In this document: positions 14,522 to 25,748 of the stretch, one piece after another
Position numbering within the stretch: position 1 is the first letter of the stretch
Layout of the letters: the number at the start of each line of letters is the position of its first letter
DNA from: Octopus vulgaris
Taxonomy: Eukaryota
Direction: 5' to 3'
Assembly (NCBI GenBank): GCA_951406725.2
Contig: OX597836.1
Coordinates: forward strand, 37,324,001-37,388,000
Length of the DNA: 64,000 nt
Notes under the pieces: model-generated
What the model was told of the DNA's origin: nothing
The model's database searches: none
Seen by the model: the letters and a program-made list of their open reading frames with translations, nothing else
Translations under genes and position numbers: made by a program

Positions 14522-14718
14522 TAGATTGTATCATTTGAGAGTTTAGGGTACTGAACCCTGACACCAAGCTGAGCATAGTATAACTCAATTATGACCATTG
14601 TATATAAACTAGGACCCTAATACAATGCTGAACATAATATAAAAACTGGACCCTAACATAATACTAGGCATAGCATACGTATCCTAACTTCTCGTTTTGT
14701 TATATAGTACCTTGCCTA

Positions 14719-14948
14719 AAGGCGGCGAGCTGGCAAAAACTTTAGCACGCCGGGTGAAATGAGTAGCCGTATTTCGTCTGCCGTTACGTCCTGAGTTCAA
14801 ATTCCGCCGAGGTCGACTTTGCCTTTCATCCTTTCGGGGTCGATAAATTAAGTACCAGTTCACTGGGGTCAATGTAATCGACTTAATCTGTTTTTCTGTC
14901 CTTGTTTGTTCCCTCTGTGTTTAGCCCCTTGTGGGTAGTAAAGAAATA
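14719..14948 (+). mobile_element. SINE-A, full length
   Basis: Consensus match; 18-bp TSD tatatagtaccttgccta (14701-14718/14949-14966). Confidence 0.93.
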
Positions 14949-15493
14949 TATATAGTACCTTGCCTACTAAGCCATATATCTTCCCTAATTCAACACTCGG
15001 TGGCAGATAATTTAGATTAAACGGTCTTGTGGTTTTTGCAGCAGAGAGCGTGTGTAGTCATGAGTGCTATGTCTTTCTAAATGGCATTAGTGTTGTTAAA
15101 TAAAAGGAAAATAGTTGTAACCTAGATTAAGGCTAATTGGCAACTTTAACGAAGAAGAAAGGCAGAGATTATAATTCATAATTCTGAAATATTGTTGTTA
15201 TTTTTTCTGTTTTTAGTTTCTGATTCTTGATGAGGCACACAATCAATAATCATTGATCTTATGCCTCATTTGCAGAGCAGGAAGGATAGTTAATTTGCAC
15301 TTTAATTTTGTTTTTCATACGTGTGTGGTTAAAACAAAGCTCGCTTTGCAGCCACGTCGTTTCGCTTTCACTTTCACTGGGCGGGACTTGGTAATTTCTA
15401 GAACTGCAGCCTACAGCCCCGAGCTTAGCAATGACTTGTGAGTGAATTTGGCAAGCGGAAAATTTATACACACACACACACATATATATATAG

Positions 15494-15567
<74 letters not shown>

Positions 15568-15568
<1 letters not shown>

Positions 15569-15936
15569 CTTAGGTATAACGCCAGCAATTCTATAACTGA
15601 TAAGGATGGTGTATCGTGAGGAACAGCAGTGTATTAGGTAAGATGGCGTAATGCAAGGGAAGCAGGCGAAAGCTGAGTTTTCAGACCTCGGTGGTTTTGG
15701 TTCATTGAATGTGCAACATAACATCGATATCAATCTTTAAGAGTTAGTTTTGGCGTTAAATTTTAAATTCTCATTGCGAAAGAAAAAAAAATGACAATAA
15801 TAGATAGAGGTTAAAAATTAGTCTACGAACATGTATATAGTTGAAATATATATATAGTTGAAATTTACTGAAAAACAAAAGACGAAGACAAGTGTATGGA
15901 CAACAAGCATGTGTATTAGTTTGACGAACGGAAAAG
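15568..15936 (-). repeat. Inverted copy of 9895-10260, embedded in (TAGA)n
   Basis: Direct comparison. Confidence 0.9.
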
Positions 15937-15938
15937 AG

Positions 15939-16018
<80 letters not shown>

Positions 16019-16027
16019 TAGATACAT

Positions 16028-16098
<71 letters not shown>

Positions 16099-16100
<2 letters not shown>

Positions 16101-16500
16101 ATAAAAATGGTAAGACAACAAAAGAATGTTAGAGACCTCGATATTATGCAAATAGAGAATTTATCTGTAAATGTAATATGTGATAATTATTCGGTCGGTA
16201 GCCATGATAAAACTACGCTGCCATCTCTTCATTTATCCGGCGTGACGGCGTGGATTTCCACTCCGGCATCCGAAACTCGGAATTTTACCATGGCTACCAA
16301 ATGATTGTCACATATTACATTTACAGATATACTGTTGTGTCTGGGGAAAGTCATTCTCTTTTAGTGTCTTATAATTTAACACACTCGCTGGTAATATTTC
16401 CACTCATTTCTTTTTTAATTTTTCTAAAAGTTTTGTTGCGTCTTCCAACCTTTTCAATAGTTTCGACTCAGTCCGTTATTCACACTGCGTTCTTTTTCTT
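16099..16500. mobile_element. Two juxtaposed PLE pLTR-like fragments with hammerhead-like remnants
   Basis: Starts at (TA)n; inverted gtagccatg.taaaa arms (about 16199/16297); 16335-16500 is homologous to 48445-48620 and contains CUA-UUGAAAA-G-GUUGG..GCAAC-AAAA-CUUU-UAG (16424-16460, minus). Confidence 0.55.
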
Positions 16501-17124
16501 TGTTTGTGCGCATGTGTGTGTGGGTTACTGTGTATGTATGTATCTATTCACGTATGTGTGTGTGTGTGCATGTATGTGTGTGTGAGTGTGTGTGCATATG
16601 TGTATATGTATGTATGTGCATTTGTATGTATTCTGCATATTCATGCGTTTGCGTGTCCGTGTTTTTGTGTGTGTGTTTTACAACTATGTACCGTGTTTGT
16701 ATGTATGGATGTGTATCTCCATATGTATGGACGTGTGTGTCCATGTGTCCCTGTGTGAAGTAAAGTGTGTGTGTATACATGATCGTGTGTTTCAGTCTTC
16801 ATTTGTGTATGCGTGCGTATGTGTACTTGTCTGTTCATATAATCTATGTACCATCTCTCTGTATGTTAATCTATTTATTTTCATACCCATATGCTTACAT
16901 ACATGCGCATACACATATATATATACATACATCCCGCACACACACGCACATACACACATCTATCTGCATAACAGCCCCCAAATATTCTACCCTACCTGCG
17001 TAATCCGTGTGTATGGGGGCATGATATCTACTATGTATATTTCCTATTTAGTACTGGGGAAGTTTCATTTATGACGTTATGACGACAAAATATATATATC
17101 TATATATATATATATATATATATA

Positions 17125-17527
17125 TGAAAGAAGGTCTGAAAATGCAATTTTAAAGATGCTTATTGACTTGACCGGTTTCACATTTTAGAAAAAGATTGTC
17201 AAAAGTGAAATGTGAAGCTTTGTATAAGCTTTGTTGTGTTAAGTACTGGTTGTCACAAAAGTATTGAAGCACATATATATACATTCTTTGATAATAATAA
17301 GAAAATGTTAAAAGCAGTTTACAAGAAAGTATTTAAGAAAGTATTCAGAGCGGGACTACAAAAAGACGGAAAATGTTAGAAAGGGAGGTCAGTTATTCTT
17401 CTCCAATGGTTTGTAAATTCTTAAATAGATCTCCTTCTGTGTATATATATACTACCAAACAAACATGATTTTTATTGAACTCATAATACATTTTGTAGTC
17501 CCGTTCTGAATACTTTCTTAAATACTT
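17125..17527 (-). mobile_element. PLE pLTR-like fragment with an internal inversion and a U3-A8 hammerhead-like motif (17166-17206)
   Basis: Abuts (TA)n; minus strand ACUU-UUGACAA-...-GAAAC-CG-GUC-AAGU; inverted arms about 17327-17364/17491-17527. Confidence 0.55.
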
Positions 17528-17584
17528 AGTACTGTAGGCAGCATGCAGCAAGCCTGCAACACATGCAAGACTCCAAGAGTTCCA

Positions 17585-18058
17585 ACATGGAAAATCATCT
17601 GCGCAAACTTCTTACGTAATATTGTAATGTAAACCTAAGGCACTCGGCATCATTATCTAACGTTATCTGGAGGATCAAGCAGAATGGAATGAAGCGTACG
17701 GCCAACTGGTATTTAATTATAAAAACACAAACGCTAAACCACACAATAGAACATCACGCATGTGCAATTCATGCCTAGAGGAAACCCTGGAGATCATCTG
17801 ACCCACAGAAAACATAATTGACATTCCGAAGTAATTATAACATATTATAACATGTTAGCATAAAAGCAAAGCATCATCCCTAGAATTTGTAAAGAACATT
17901 TTGAAAACTGTTCTTCACAAATTTTTTCTTTACAGAAAAACACTAACTGTCATAAGCATCTAGTGCAGTGGTTCGAAACCTTTTCACAGTGGTTTCCAAT
18001 CCTTTTATTTAAATGAATTTTCCCCTGTACCTCTTTTTAATATGCCTATCCTTATATA
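17585..18058 (+). pseudogene. Penelope-like GIY-YIG C-terminal relic plus 3' UTR (copy 1)
   Basis: Manual translation SASLSNVIWRIKQNG..W..I / NAKPHNRTSRMCNSCLEETLEII...C*H matches the PLE endonuclease pattern LSxxIWxLK..W..AxPY..CxLCLxEKLxI..CRH; ends at (TA)n; homologous to 27448-27880. Confidence 0.7.
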
Positions 18059-18071
18059 TATATATATATAT

Positions 18072-18258
18072 CGCGTGTGTACCGTTGGCGATTTTTTTCC
18101 CTCTGTCTTCCCTTCTCTGGATTTTTCCTTCTCCTATGTTTCCGACGAAGAGCTCCGCTCGAAACGTTAAACCCTCCTTCTTCCCTTCCTTCCTGAGCAA
18201 CCAATAATACTATATTTGTTCCACGTCCTCGCGTTGTTGTGTTTTCTCTTTGTGTTTT
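18072..18258 (+). mobile_element. Short PLE pLTR-like element (family P1) with a hammerhead-like motif at 18138-18172
   Basis: GUUU-CCGACGA-A-GAGC(UCC)GCUC-GAAAC-GUU-AAAC; other copies at 38037, 59653 and 30731 (partial), all next to (TA)n. Confidence 0.75.
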
Positions 18259-18367
18259 AAGCGGGGTGGCGTCATTCGAAGGCTAAAACAATGCGAACGC
18301 ATTGTGACCAGCAATGTGTAACAACATCTGATGGTCTGGTCGGTCACGTGATCATGTGATATATATA

Positions 18368-19740
18368 TGTTGTGGTGAGAGTCATTGACACCTCTGTGAG
18401 ATTGGAAGAATGAACTAGCCGAACTCTTATAAAAAGTCGCGCCCTGGATGAGACCAGGAGAAAGTCGTAGGAGTTGTTGAGATCGTTGAGAGTTTCTATG
18501 TATTGGAATATCGTCTTTAGTGCAGTATTTTGAAGTAGGTCGCGTGATGACAGTTGTTTTCATCTTCGCTTCGTGAAATCTGAATATCCAACGTATAGAA
18601 GGATATAGAAGTGATTACGAGGATAACCACTTGTAAAAGTGGGGACGAGTTTATTCGAAGCTTACGTCAGACGGTAATATTTTCTATTGAGACAAAATCA
18701 AAGAAAAATTAGTTGACATGGAAGACTTATTAGCCTCTGTGGAGCGGTTGCAACAGCAACAACTGTTACAGCAGTAATTACAACGCGGATCCGTGGAACA
18801 TGCTGCCAGACGAGATGGTGAAGATGCCGACGACCGCTTTCTTCAAAGTCTCCCTTGACCTCAAGTGGCCTGAACTCTTTACATGAACACCACCCTGTAC
18901 TTAACTCCATGTCCCCCTACATGGTCTTGCTATTTGCTTTTGAGCCAAATTAACTAACTAACTAACTAACTAACAATTCCAAGTTACTAACTAACTAACT
19001 AACAATTCCAGTTGCCGGAATTAATGTTAGAGTCCAAATATACTTCAGCTTCTATCCAGAAGATGTAGAAAACGCAATTTCAGAATTTAGTTATAACCCA
19101 GATGTTATTTTTCAGCATTTTTCCGACTATATGAAGAAATCTTCAAAGAGGAATGCAGAATTAGGACGGGCAATGAAAAGGTGCGACTACTTTTAAGAAA
19201 ACTAACCCCTGCCGAACGCGAAAAATATTGTAACTACATTCTAAAAAAAATTTGAAATTTGTTGCGATGAAACAATCAAATTGTTATCGAAAATTTTCAG
19301 TGAGAGAAGTTTCCTGTTCAATACTCGCAAGGAGTCTTTGAATTTAGTGAAAATGATGATGAAGATTTCGTCACCTATGACGGAATCGTCAATAGAGAGT
19401 CCGAAAAATGAAAACTAAAAGAATTAACCTCAGACAGGTTCAAATGTCTAATTTTTGTTCCAAGGCTAACTGCAAGCAAAGATGCAAAGATACATGCCTA
19501 GACATAGGCCAAATTGAAACAGGACCAGAATTTGACTCTGCAGACAGTGGCAGAGGAATCTCAAAGGATTATTAATCTTCGACATGACGCAAATGAAATC
19601 GAAGAGAAGGATTACTCTCACGTACATGCGTGTCGACATATGATTGGAAAGGAAAAAGAAAAACGAAGATCAAGACCCAATCCATGCTATGGGTGCGGAG
19701 GTCTACATTTTAGGAATAACTCTTCAAACGAACTTTCGCA
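18368..19740 (+). mobile_element. Ty3/gypsy (Mag-like) LTR retrotransposon relic: putative LTR, PBS and broken gag
   Basis: TGTTG start; PBS-like tggggacgag at 18640-18649; gag pieces YEEIFKEEC..EKVRLLLRKL..EKYCNYIL, FKCLIFV, LTLQTVAEESQRI, and zinc knuckle PCYGCGGLHF; paralogous to 25749-26740. Confidence 0.8.
18785..19003 (+). mobile_element. CR1-type LINE 3' end nested in the gypsy gag
   Basis: Translates ADPWNMLPDEMVKMPTTAFFKVSLDLKWPELFT* (CR1 ORF2 terminal motif WNxLP..FKxxLD), followed by a short UTR and a (TAAC)n tail. Confidence 0.8.
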
Positions 19741-19784
19741 GGCATGATGGGGGAGAATGTTAGTAGTCATTTAGCTGGCGGACT

Positions 19785-19840
19785 TTGGCTGATGAGAAAT
19801 CACTCGCATATTTGCCGCTAATTTTCGAAACCGGTACCGA
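19785..19840 (+). ncRNA. Minimal type-I hammerhead ribozyme-like motif with a canonical core
   Basis: UUGG-CUGAUGA-GAAA(23 nt)UUUC-GAAA-CCG-GUA^CCGA; palindromic stem III ACCGGU; lies in a segment (about 19745-20105) ending at (TA)n. Confidence 0.75.
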
Positions 19841-20101
19841 GTTGACCAGCATTTACTTGTTCTGACCCATTTGAGGTAAGACATTATTATCGTTCACTGA
19901 TATTTTTTCCTATCTTGTCTGTAATAGACTATTCGGTGGTACAGAAGTATTTTTTGACTTCTATCATTAGTGATATAGGTACTCATGTAGTACCCTTGTG
20001 TATATATGTACATATCTAATGTTATATGTATATATTTTATTAATTTGCCTGTACGGCTGATAATTCGCTTACCACTTGTGATGGTATTTTAATAATACCA
20101 T

Positions 20102-20215
<114 letters not shown>

Positions 20216-20232
20216 GAAAGTTGGTTGAATAT

Positions 20233-21353
20233 ATAGAAAATAGTAAAAAGTGAAAAAACTACAGAAGGCTTGAATGTTAAAAAATATATATTTGCGTCAA
20301 TATGTCTGAAGAATATTAAAAAACATTTTTCTCTTATAATGACATAGTTTAGAAGAAAGACCGGTTTCGCGTTTAGCTTTTCAAATTTCTTGCGACGTTA
20401 TGTTTATGTTGAACAGAGTTATCGTTATGTTTATGTTCAAAATACTACCTTACATATCTACATACAACCCCAGAAACAAAGAAGCCTTCACCATCATCAC
20501 CCAGAATTTACCAATACTTCATAAGGACCCCAAATTAAAGGAAATTCTAAACATACACCAAATCATTAAAAGCTACAAACAACCTAAATCACTTAAAAAG
20601 ATTCTTACAAAGGCAAAATTGTCTTCTGAAATTACGGATGCAAAAGTTTAAAAAATGTGGTAGATCGAACTGTGCAACATGTCCAAACCTGCTAGAAGGT
20701 TCAGAATTCCTCTTTAAAGAGGGACAGAAATTCAAGATCAAATCTAACTTTACTTGTGCCTCTGAAAACATAATTTATGTCATAAAATGCTCGGGCTGCC
20801 ACCAAGACTACGTGGGATCCACGGGACTATCACTCAGACGTAGATGCACACTGCATCGACAACAGATTGCTTTCCCAGAATACAGAATGATACCTTTTAG
20901 TGAGCACATTGAGAAATGCGCAAAGCAACTACTACCACAATTTTTAATCTTTCCATTTTACCAATGTGCTATCGGATCATCAACACAAATTAGACTAAAC
21001 AAGGAAACATTCTTCATTGAAAAGTACAAGCCCAGACTTAACCATCCCAACATACTGATACAGAGAAATTCACACCAAGGGAAAGGAAAAAATGTTTAAG
21101 TGATTATCTCCCTTACACCGGAAGAAATCCCCTTATTTAGAACTCTTTTGAACATAAACATAACGATAACTCTGTTCAACATAAACATAACGTCGCAAGA
21201 AATTTGAAAAGCTAAACGCGAAACCGGTCTTTCTTCTAAACTATGTCATTATAAGAGAAAAATGTTTTTTAATATTCTTCAGACATATTGACGCAAATAT
21301 ATATTTTTTAACATTCAAGCCTTCTGTAGTTTTTTCACATTTTACTATTTTCT
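20233..21353 (+). mobile_element. 5'-truncated Penelope-like element with an inverted pLTR copy, inserted in (TAGA)n
   Basis: About 210-bp near-perfect inverted repeats (20233-20442/21146-21353) flank a GIY-YIG coding segment. Confidence 0.92.
20443..21099 (+). pseudogene. PLE linker plus GIY-YIG endonuclease (5'-truncated, 1-nt frameshift near 20649)
   Basis: LPYISTYNP..IIKSYKQPKSLKKIL | KCGRSNCATCP..FTCASENIIYVIKCSGCHQDYVGSTG..RCTLHR..FSEHIEKC..ETFFIEKYKPRLN: IY/YVG, catalytic R, E and terminal LN. Confidence 0.92.
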
Positions 21354-21377
21354 CTATAGATAGATAGATAGATAGAT

Positions 21378-21447
<70 letters not shown>

Positions 21448-22479
21448 CAGGCAGATAAGTGTACAGCACACATATATGTGTATATGTTTTATACATAATT
21501 CTATGTGTTCGAGAACTCAGGAATAAATTATTGCATGTACTATTGCATAAAATACTGATATTCATGAGATCAGATTTGAATGAAACGATTGTAAATGGAT
21601 GTGATACAGTTAAAGGAACTGCCCACTCTATTCTCCTTGTTTGTATCTATATAAAGTTGCCTACAATAGCACTAACATACATCTACACACACATAATACT
21701 CAGCTTTTCATTTGCTATTTTTGAATTCTATTAAAGTCTTATTCCAAAATGATATGAATACATTGATTACGGGAAAAAAAATTAAAGAAACAGATCTGAA
21801 CTAACTAGGGGAATTAGTGTATTCATTAAAAAAAAAAAATCTTTGAATTAATTTTAATTTGAAATCTAAATGCAAGTAATTTCAAATTCTGTTTCTTTCT
21901 GTTCGATTCCATTTTATAAAAATGCTACCCCTCACACAATGAATGGCACTTATGATACTGACATAAAAAAAAAGATAATTTCTGTGTATTTTTATGTCTG
22001 ATGCATCTAACCACGAAGCATGCGACTAGAGCACTTTTATACAGGTGCACAGAAATAAAGCAGATCAATGCAACTATAATAAGCTCTGTCAACAAAATGG
22101 GGAACTACATTCCCTACGCCACCTAAAAATAACCCTTAATGAATATGGTTTCTGTTGTTCTGTTTTGTTTTGTTTCTTTGTGAGTTACTTTAATGTGATA
22201 AAACGTTTCGAGTTATATTCAGCCGGCGATTTGGTTCAATTTGCATAATAAATTTTCTCGTAATTAAAAGCTTTCGAGGATTAAAAAGAAATGATTGAAG
22301 AGAACATACGTTTGATGAATGTAACCGGGTAGAATTAATATTAAAGTGTTATAATTTCAAACAGGCGACTGTCATGATTGTGGGAAATTGCGGTCGGTGT
22401 TTTGAGAAAAATATTACAAAAAAAAAAAAAAAATTCTGACAACATGAACAAAATTTAATGGTATTATCTTTAAAATGTT

Positions 22480-23045
22480 AAGGCGGCGCACTAGCATGAT
22501 GCCGAGTAAAATATTTCACAGTATTTCGTCTGTTTTTACGTTCGGAGTTCAAATTCTGCTGGGGTCGACTTTGCCTCTCAACAAATAGGAGCACTTGGGT
22601 CGATGTAATCGACCAGTCCACGCTCTGCTAAATTTTCCCGCCTTCTGCCGATAGTCGAAAGAATTATCTACAAAATATTAGAGAATCGTTAATGTGCCAT
22701 CCTAATTTGGAGTCATTTTATTCCCTCACATACATCGCAAATACCTTTCAGTCAAATAGGAATATCCTAAGACATCATTCTACCACTTAGAAATACAGAG
22801 ACTAGTGACCTTCTCTAAAACGCATCTACAATTTATATTGGTCTCAAATTTTGGCACAAGGCCAGCAAGCTAAGGGGAAGGATTACGTCAATTATATCGA
22901 CACCAATGTACAACTAATTTTATTGACTTTGAAAGGATGAAGGTCAAGATGGATCTCGGCGGATTTGAAACTCGAAACATAAAGGTAGACGAAATGCCAC
23001 TAACCATTCTGCCAGGCGTGCTACCGATTCTGCTAGCTAAGCGTC
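22480..23045. mobile_element. Two old SINE-A-related copies (22480-22670 +; 22840-23045 -)
   Basis: Degenerate head, B-box and central domain. Confidence 0.65.
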
Positions 23046-23077
23046 TTGCATCTACGTATGATATTAAGATCTTTGTA

Positions 23078-23243
23078 TAGGCGCAGGAGTGGCTATGTGG
23101 TAAGTAGCTTGTTTACCAACCACATGGTTTCGGGTTCAGTCCCACTGTGTGGCACCTTGGGCAAGTTTCATCTACTATAGCCTCGGGTCGACCAAAGCCT
23201 TGTGAGTGGATTTGGTAGACGGAAACTGAAAGTCCCCGTCGTA

Positions 23244-23306
<63 letters not shown>

Positions 23307-23532
23307 GTATGTGTTTGTGTATCTGTGTTTGTCCCCCTGACATTGCTTGACAACCGATGCTGGTGTGTTTATGTCCCCGTTACTTAGCGGTTCGGCAAAA
23401 GAGACCGATAGAATAAGTACTGGGCTTACAAAAGAATAAGTCCCGGGGTCGAGTTGCTCGATTAAAGGCGGTGCTCCAGCATGGCCGCAGTCAAAGGACT
23501 GAAACAAGTAAAAGAGAAAAGAGTAAAAGAGT
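23078..23532 (+). mobile_element. SINE-B, full length
   Basis: ataggcgcaggagtggct..., internal (TA)n, tail aaacaagtaaaagagaaaagagtaaaagagta. Confidence 0.92.
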
Positions 23533-24149
23533 ATTTCGTAAATTCGTTTCCGCAAAATGTGTTCTTGCATACGAAAGGGTGGTGAAAAGCTCTTGGCTTT
23601 GGGTTAAAGAAAATACAGGAGGATTAGTTAATCATGAGTTTATTCAACATATTTCCCTTTAAGCTCTGTAAGCGAACACGGAAGTTTGGGCTTTGTTGTA
23701 TGGGGAATCTGTGCACCCCCATGATTGGCTAAGTGAACTATATTAGCCCTAGATTTCGGTTGCAACAGTGCCTGCAAGTTGCACGAGATTTGCTGGGGGA
23801 GGAAGTGTAGAGGTTTATTGCCTCTAATTTGTGTATAGACTGTGATTTTGGGTGTATGGACCTTTTGGTTCAAAAAATTGTATTTTTTTAATAGTAAGAG
23901 GGTCATTACCTCGGCGTATGTATTTTTTTTAAATAATGTTTTAGAGAAGCAGAGGGCGCCTTCTGCCTTCTCCCATCTTTATCATTTTTCATCATAATCA
24001 TCCGCCTCATTAATGTCTATGTCTAGCCCGCAAGCTACTCTTTGTAATGCCTTTATGGCAAATTTCTATGAAATAAAGTGAACTATACTAGTTAGTATAA
24101 ATGAGCATGTGCAGAACAATCTCACATGTGTCAAACGTGCGCGAATTGT

Positions 24150-25742
24150 GTTAGTTAATTGGTTGAGGAAAGGCGTAAGAACGGCGAGTGAAATTGAGTC
24201 TGTTGCTTGAAAATTGTTATTTAAAATTGTTATTGTTAAACCTGTTGGTTTTATTGTTGATATTATCGAAATCCCTTTCTACCCATTGTTAGGGATGGAA
24301 GCTGGAAGCTACGCTGTGGCAGCAGGCAAAAGACTGTCTGACGACACGAAGCAAATGAAGGAAATTGAAATTAACAACAAGGATTTGAAGAAGCACAATG
24401 CATTATTTGAGAAGGATGGAGACCGCCTCCGGTTATTACCACCAACAGAAGCAGTGCAGAAAGCTGAAAAGCGAAAAGTAATTTACAGATCTCTCAACTT
24501 AGAGTCTAAAGAAAAGTCGAAATAGCCGCAACTGAAGAAATTGAAGAAGATTTAACAGTAATTAAGGATGTAACCACGTTTTACACACGTGGAAGGAAGT
24601 TCGGTACAGTGGAGGTGCGCTTCGGTAGTGATGAGGAAGCAAAAATGCACTCCACTGTACCTTTAAGAACTGCAAAGGGGGGTATTCTTGCCTACCTATT
24701 GCGGAAAACGCGCCGCTAGAGTGAGAATAGGGAGAGTGCCCCCGGAGATAGACGAGACGTGGTTGGTGGTAGCCATCCTCTTCAATTGCGAGGAGGAGGT
24801 TGAGACAATTAAGGTGGAGACGTCAAGAGGAATCAACTGGTGGAGGTATGGACTTGAAGTCTTACTTCATATTTCCCTACCAGATCCCTACAAAGTAGTA
24901 GAAGAGCTGGTACTCCTTGATGAGACCAGACTGAGAGTCGTGGTAGAGGGGAGACCCCAATTTGTTACAATTGTAGGAATAGGGGAGACGTGCAAGCAAG
25001 GTGTCTCCATAAAAAAGACCAAATACAGACAGAGGTGGAGGAAGTAGTCGTGGAAGAGACAAAAGAAGAAATGGTGACTAATAGAAAGCGTGTAAGGGTG
25101 GAGTCGCCACCAAAAAACATGAAAAAAGAAAAGGAAGTGAGTAATAAAGTTAAAGAGGAAAATAAGGGAGAGAATCGAACTACAGAACCAGAGCCATCAA
25201 CAAGTTATGAGAATGACGTAACAATCATAGTGGAGGAATATTTAGGAGAGGAGCGGAGGACAAAGGAAAAGGTGGAAGAACATGACAGACGAAATTTGAA
25301 ATTAATGATTTCGTACACACAGAATGAAGAAATTGATAAAAGAAAGTTAAGAAAAAAATGAACAAAACATGGGTGAGAATGGATGAAAAGTGGTTTAGTA
25401 AGGATAGAAGAACGTTACTGGTTGGAAACAGAAAAGCAGAGATGCGACCGGACCTGTTCGGAAAGGAAATAAAAAACACAGAAATGTGTTTTGAGTATAA
25501 AGACATGCCGAAAACTGTTGACTTCGATGACCTGGTGGAAACCTATATCGATTTTTAAAGTGAAATAACAATGATAAATATATGAACGGAAGAGCAGTTA
25601 AATGGAACTGTGAGCTTTGGGGGGGGGGGGCGCTCGTAAACCATTACATTTTTTTTTATTCGTTTTATGTACCCCACGTTTTGCGTTATCTGTCTTCGTA
25701 ATGTCCCTTCTTCTTTAGGCTATATGCCGGTAATAAAGATAA
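24150..25742 (+). mobile_element. ORF1-only LINE relic (HAL1-like, L1/Tx1-type ORF1p), frameshifted
   Basis: From ATG 24295: MEAGSYAVAAGKRL..RGRKFGTVEVRF..RVRIGRVPPEI..LRVVVEGRP, knuckle CYNCRNRGDVQARC (24963-25004), charged tail to 25558; then G-run, U-rich UTR and AATAAA at about 25732; no ORF2. Confidence 0.7.
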
Positions 25743-25748
25743 AACGAG

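Noticed and set aside
17967-17990. hAT TIR-like cagtggttcg.aacctttt (also near 27788)
   Set aside because: No partner TIR or TSD; it sits at the same position in both PLE 3' UTR copies, so it is treated as part of that element
23600-24060. Possible LINE ORF1 relic on the minus strand (KMGEGRRRPLLL)
   Set aside because: Single weak motif and many stops; cannot be supported without a profile search
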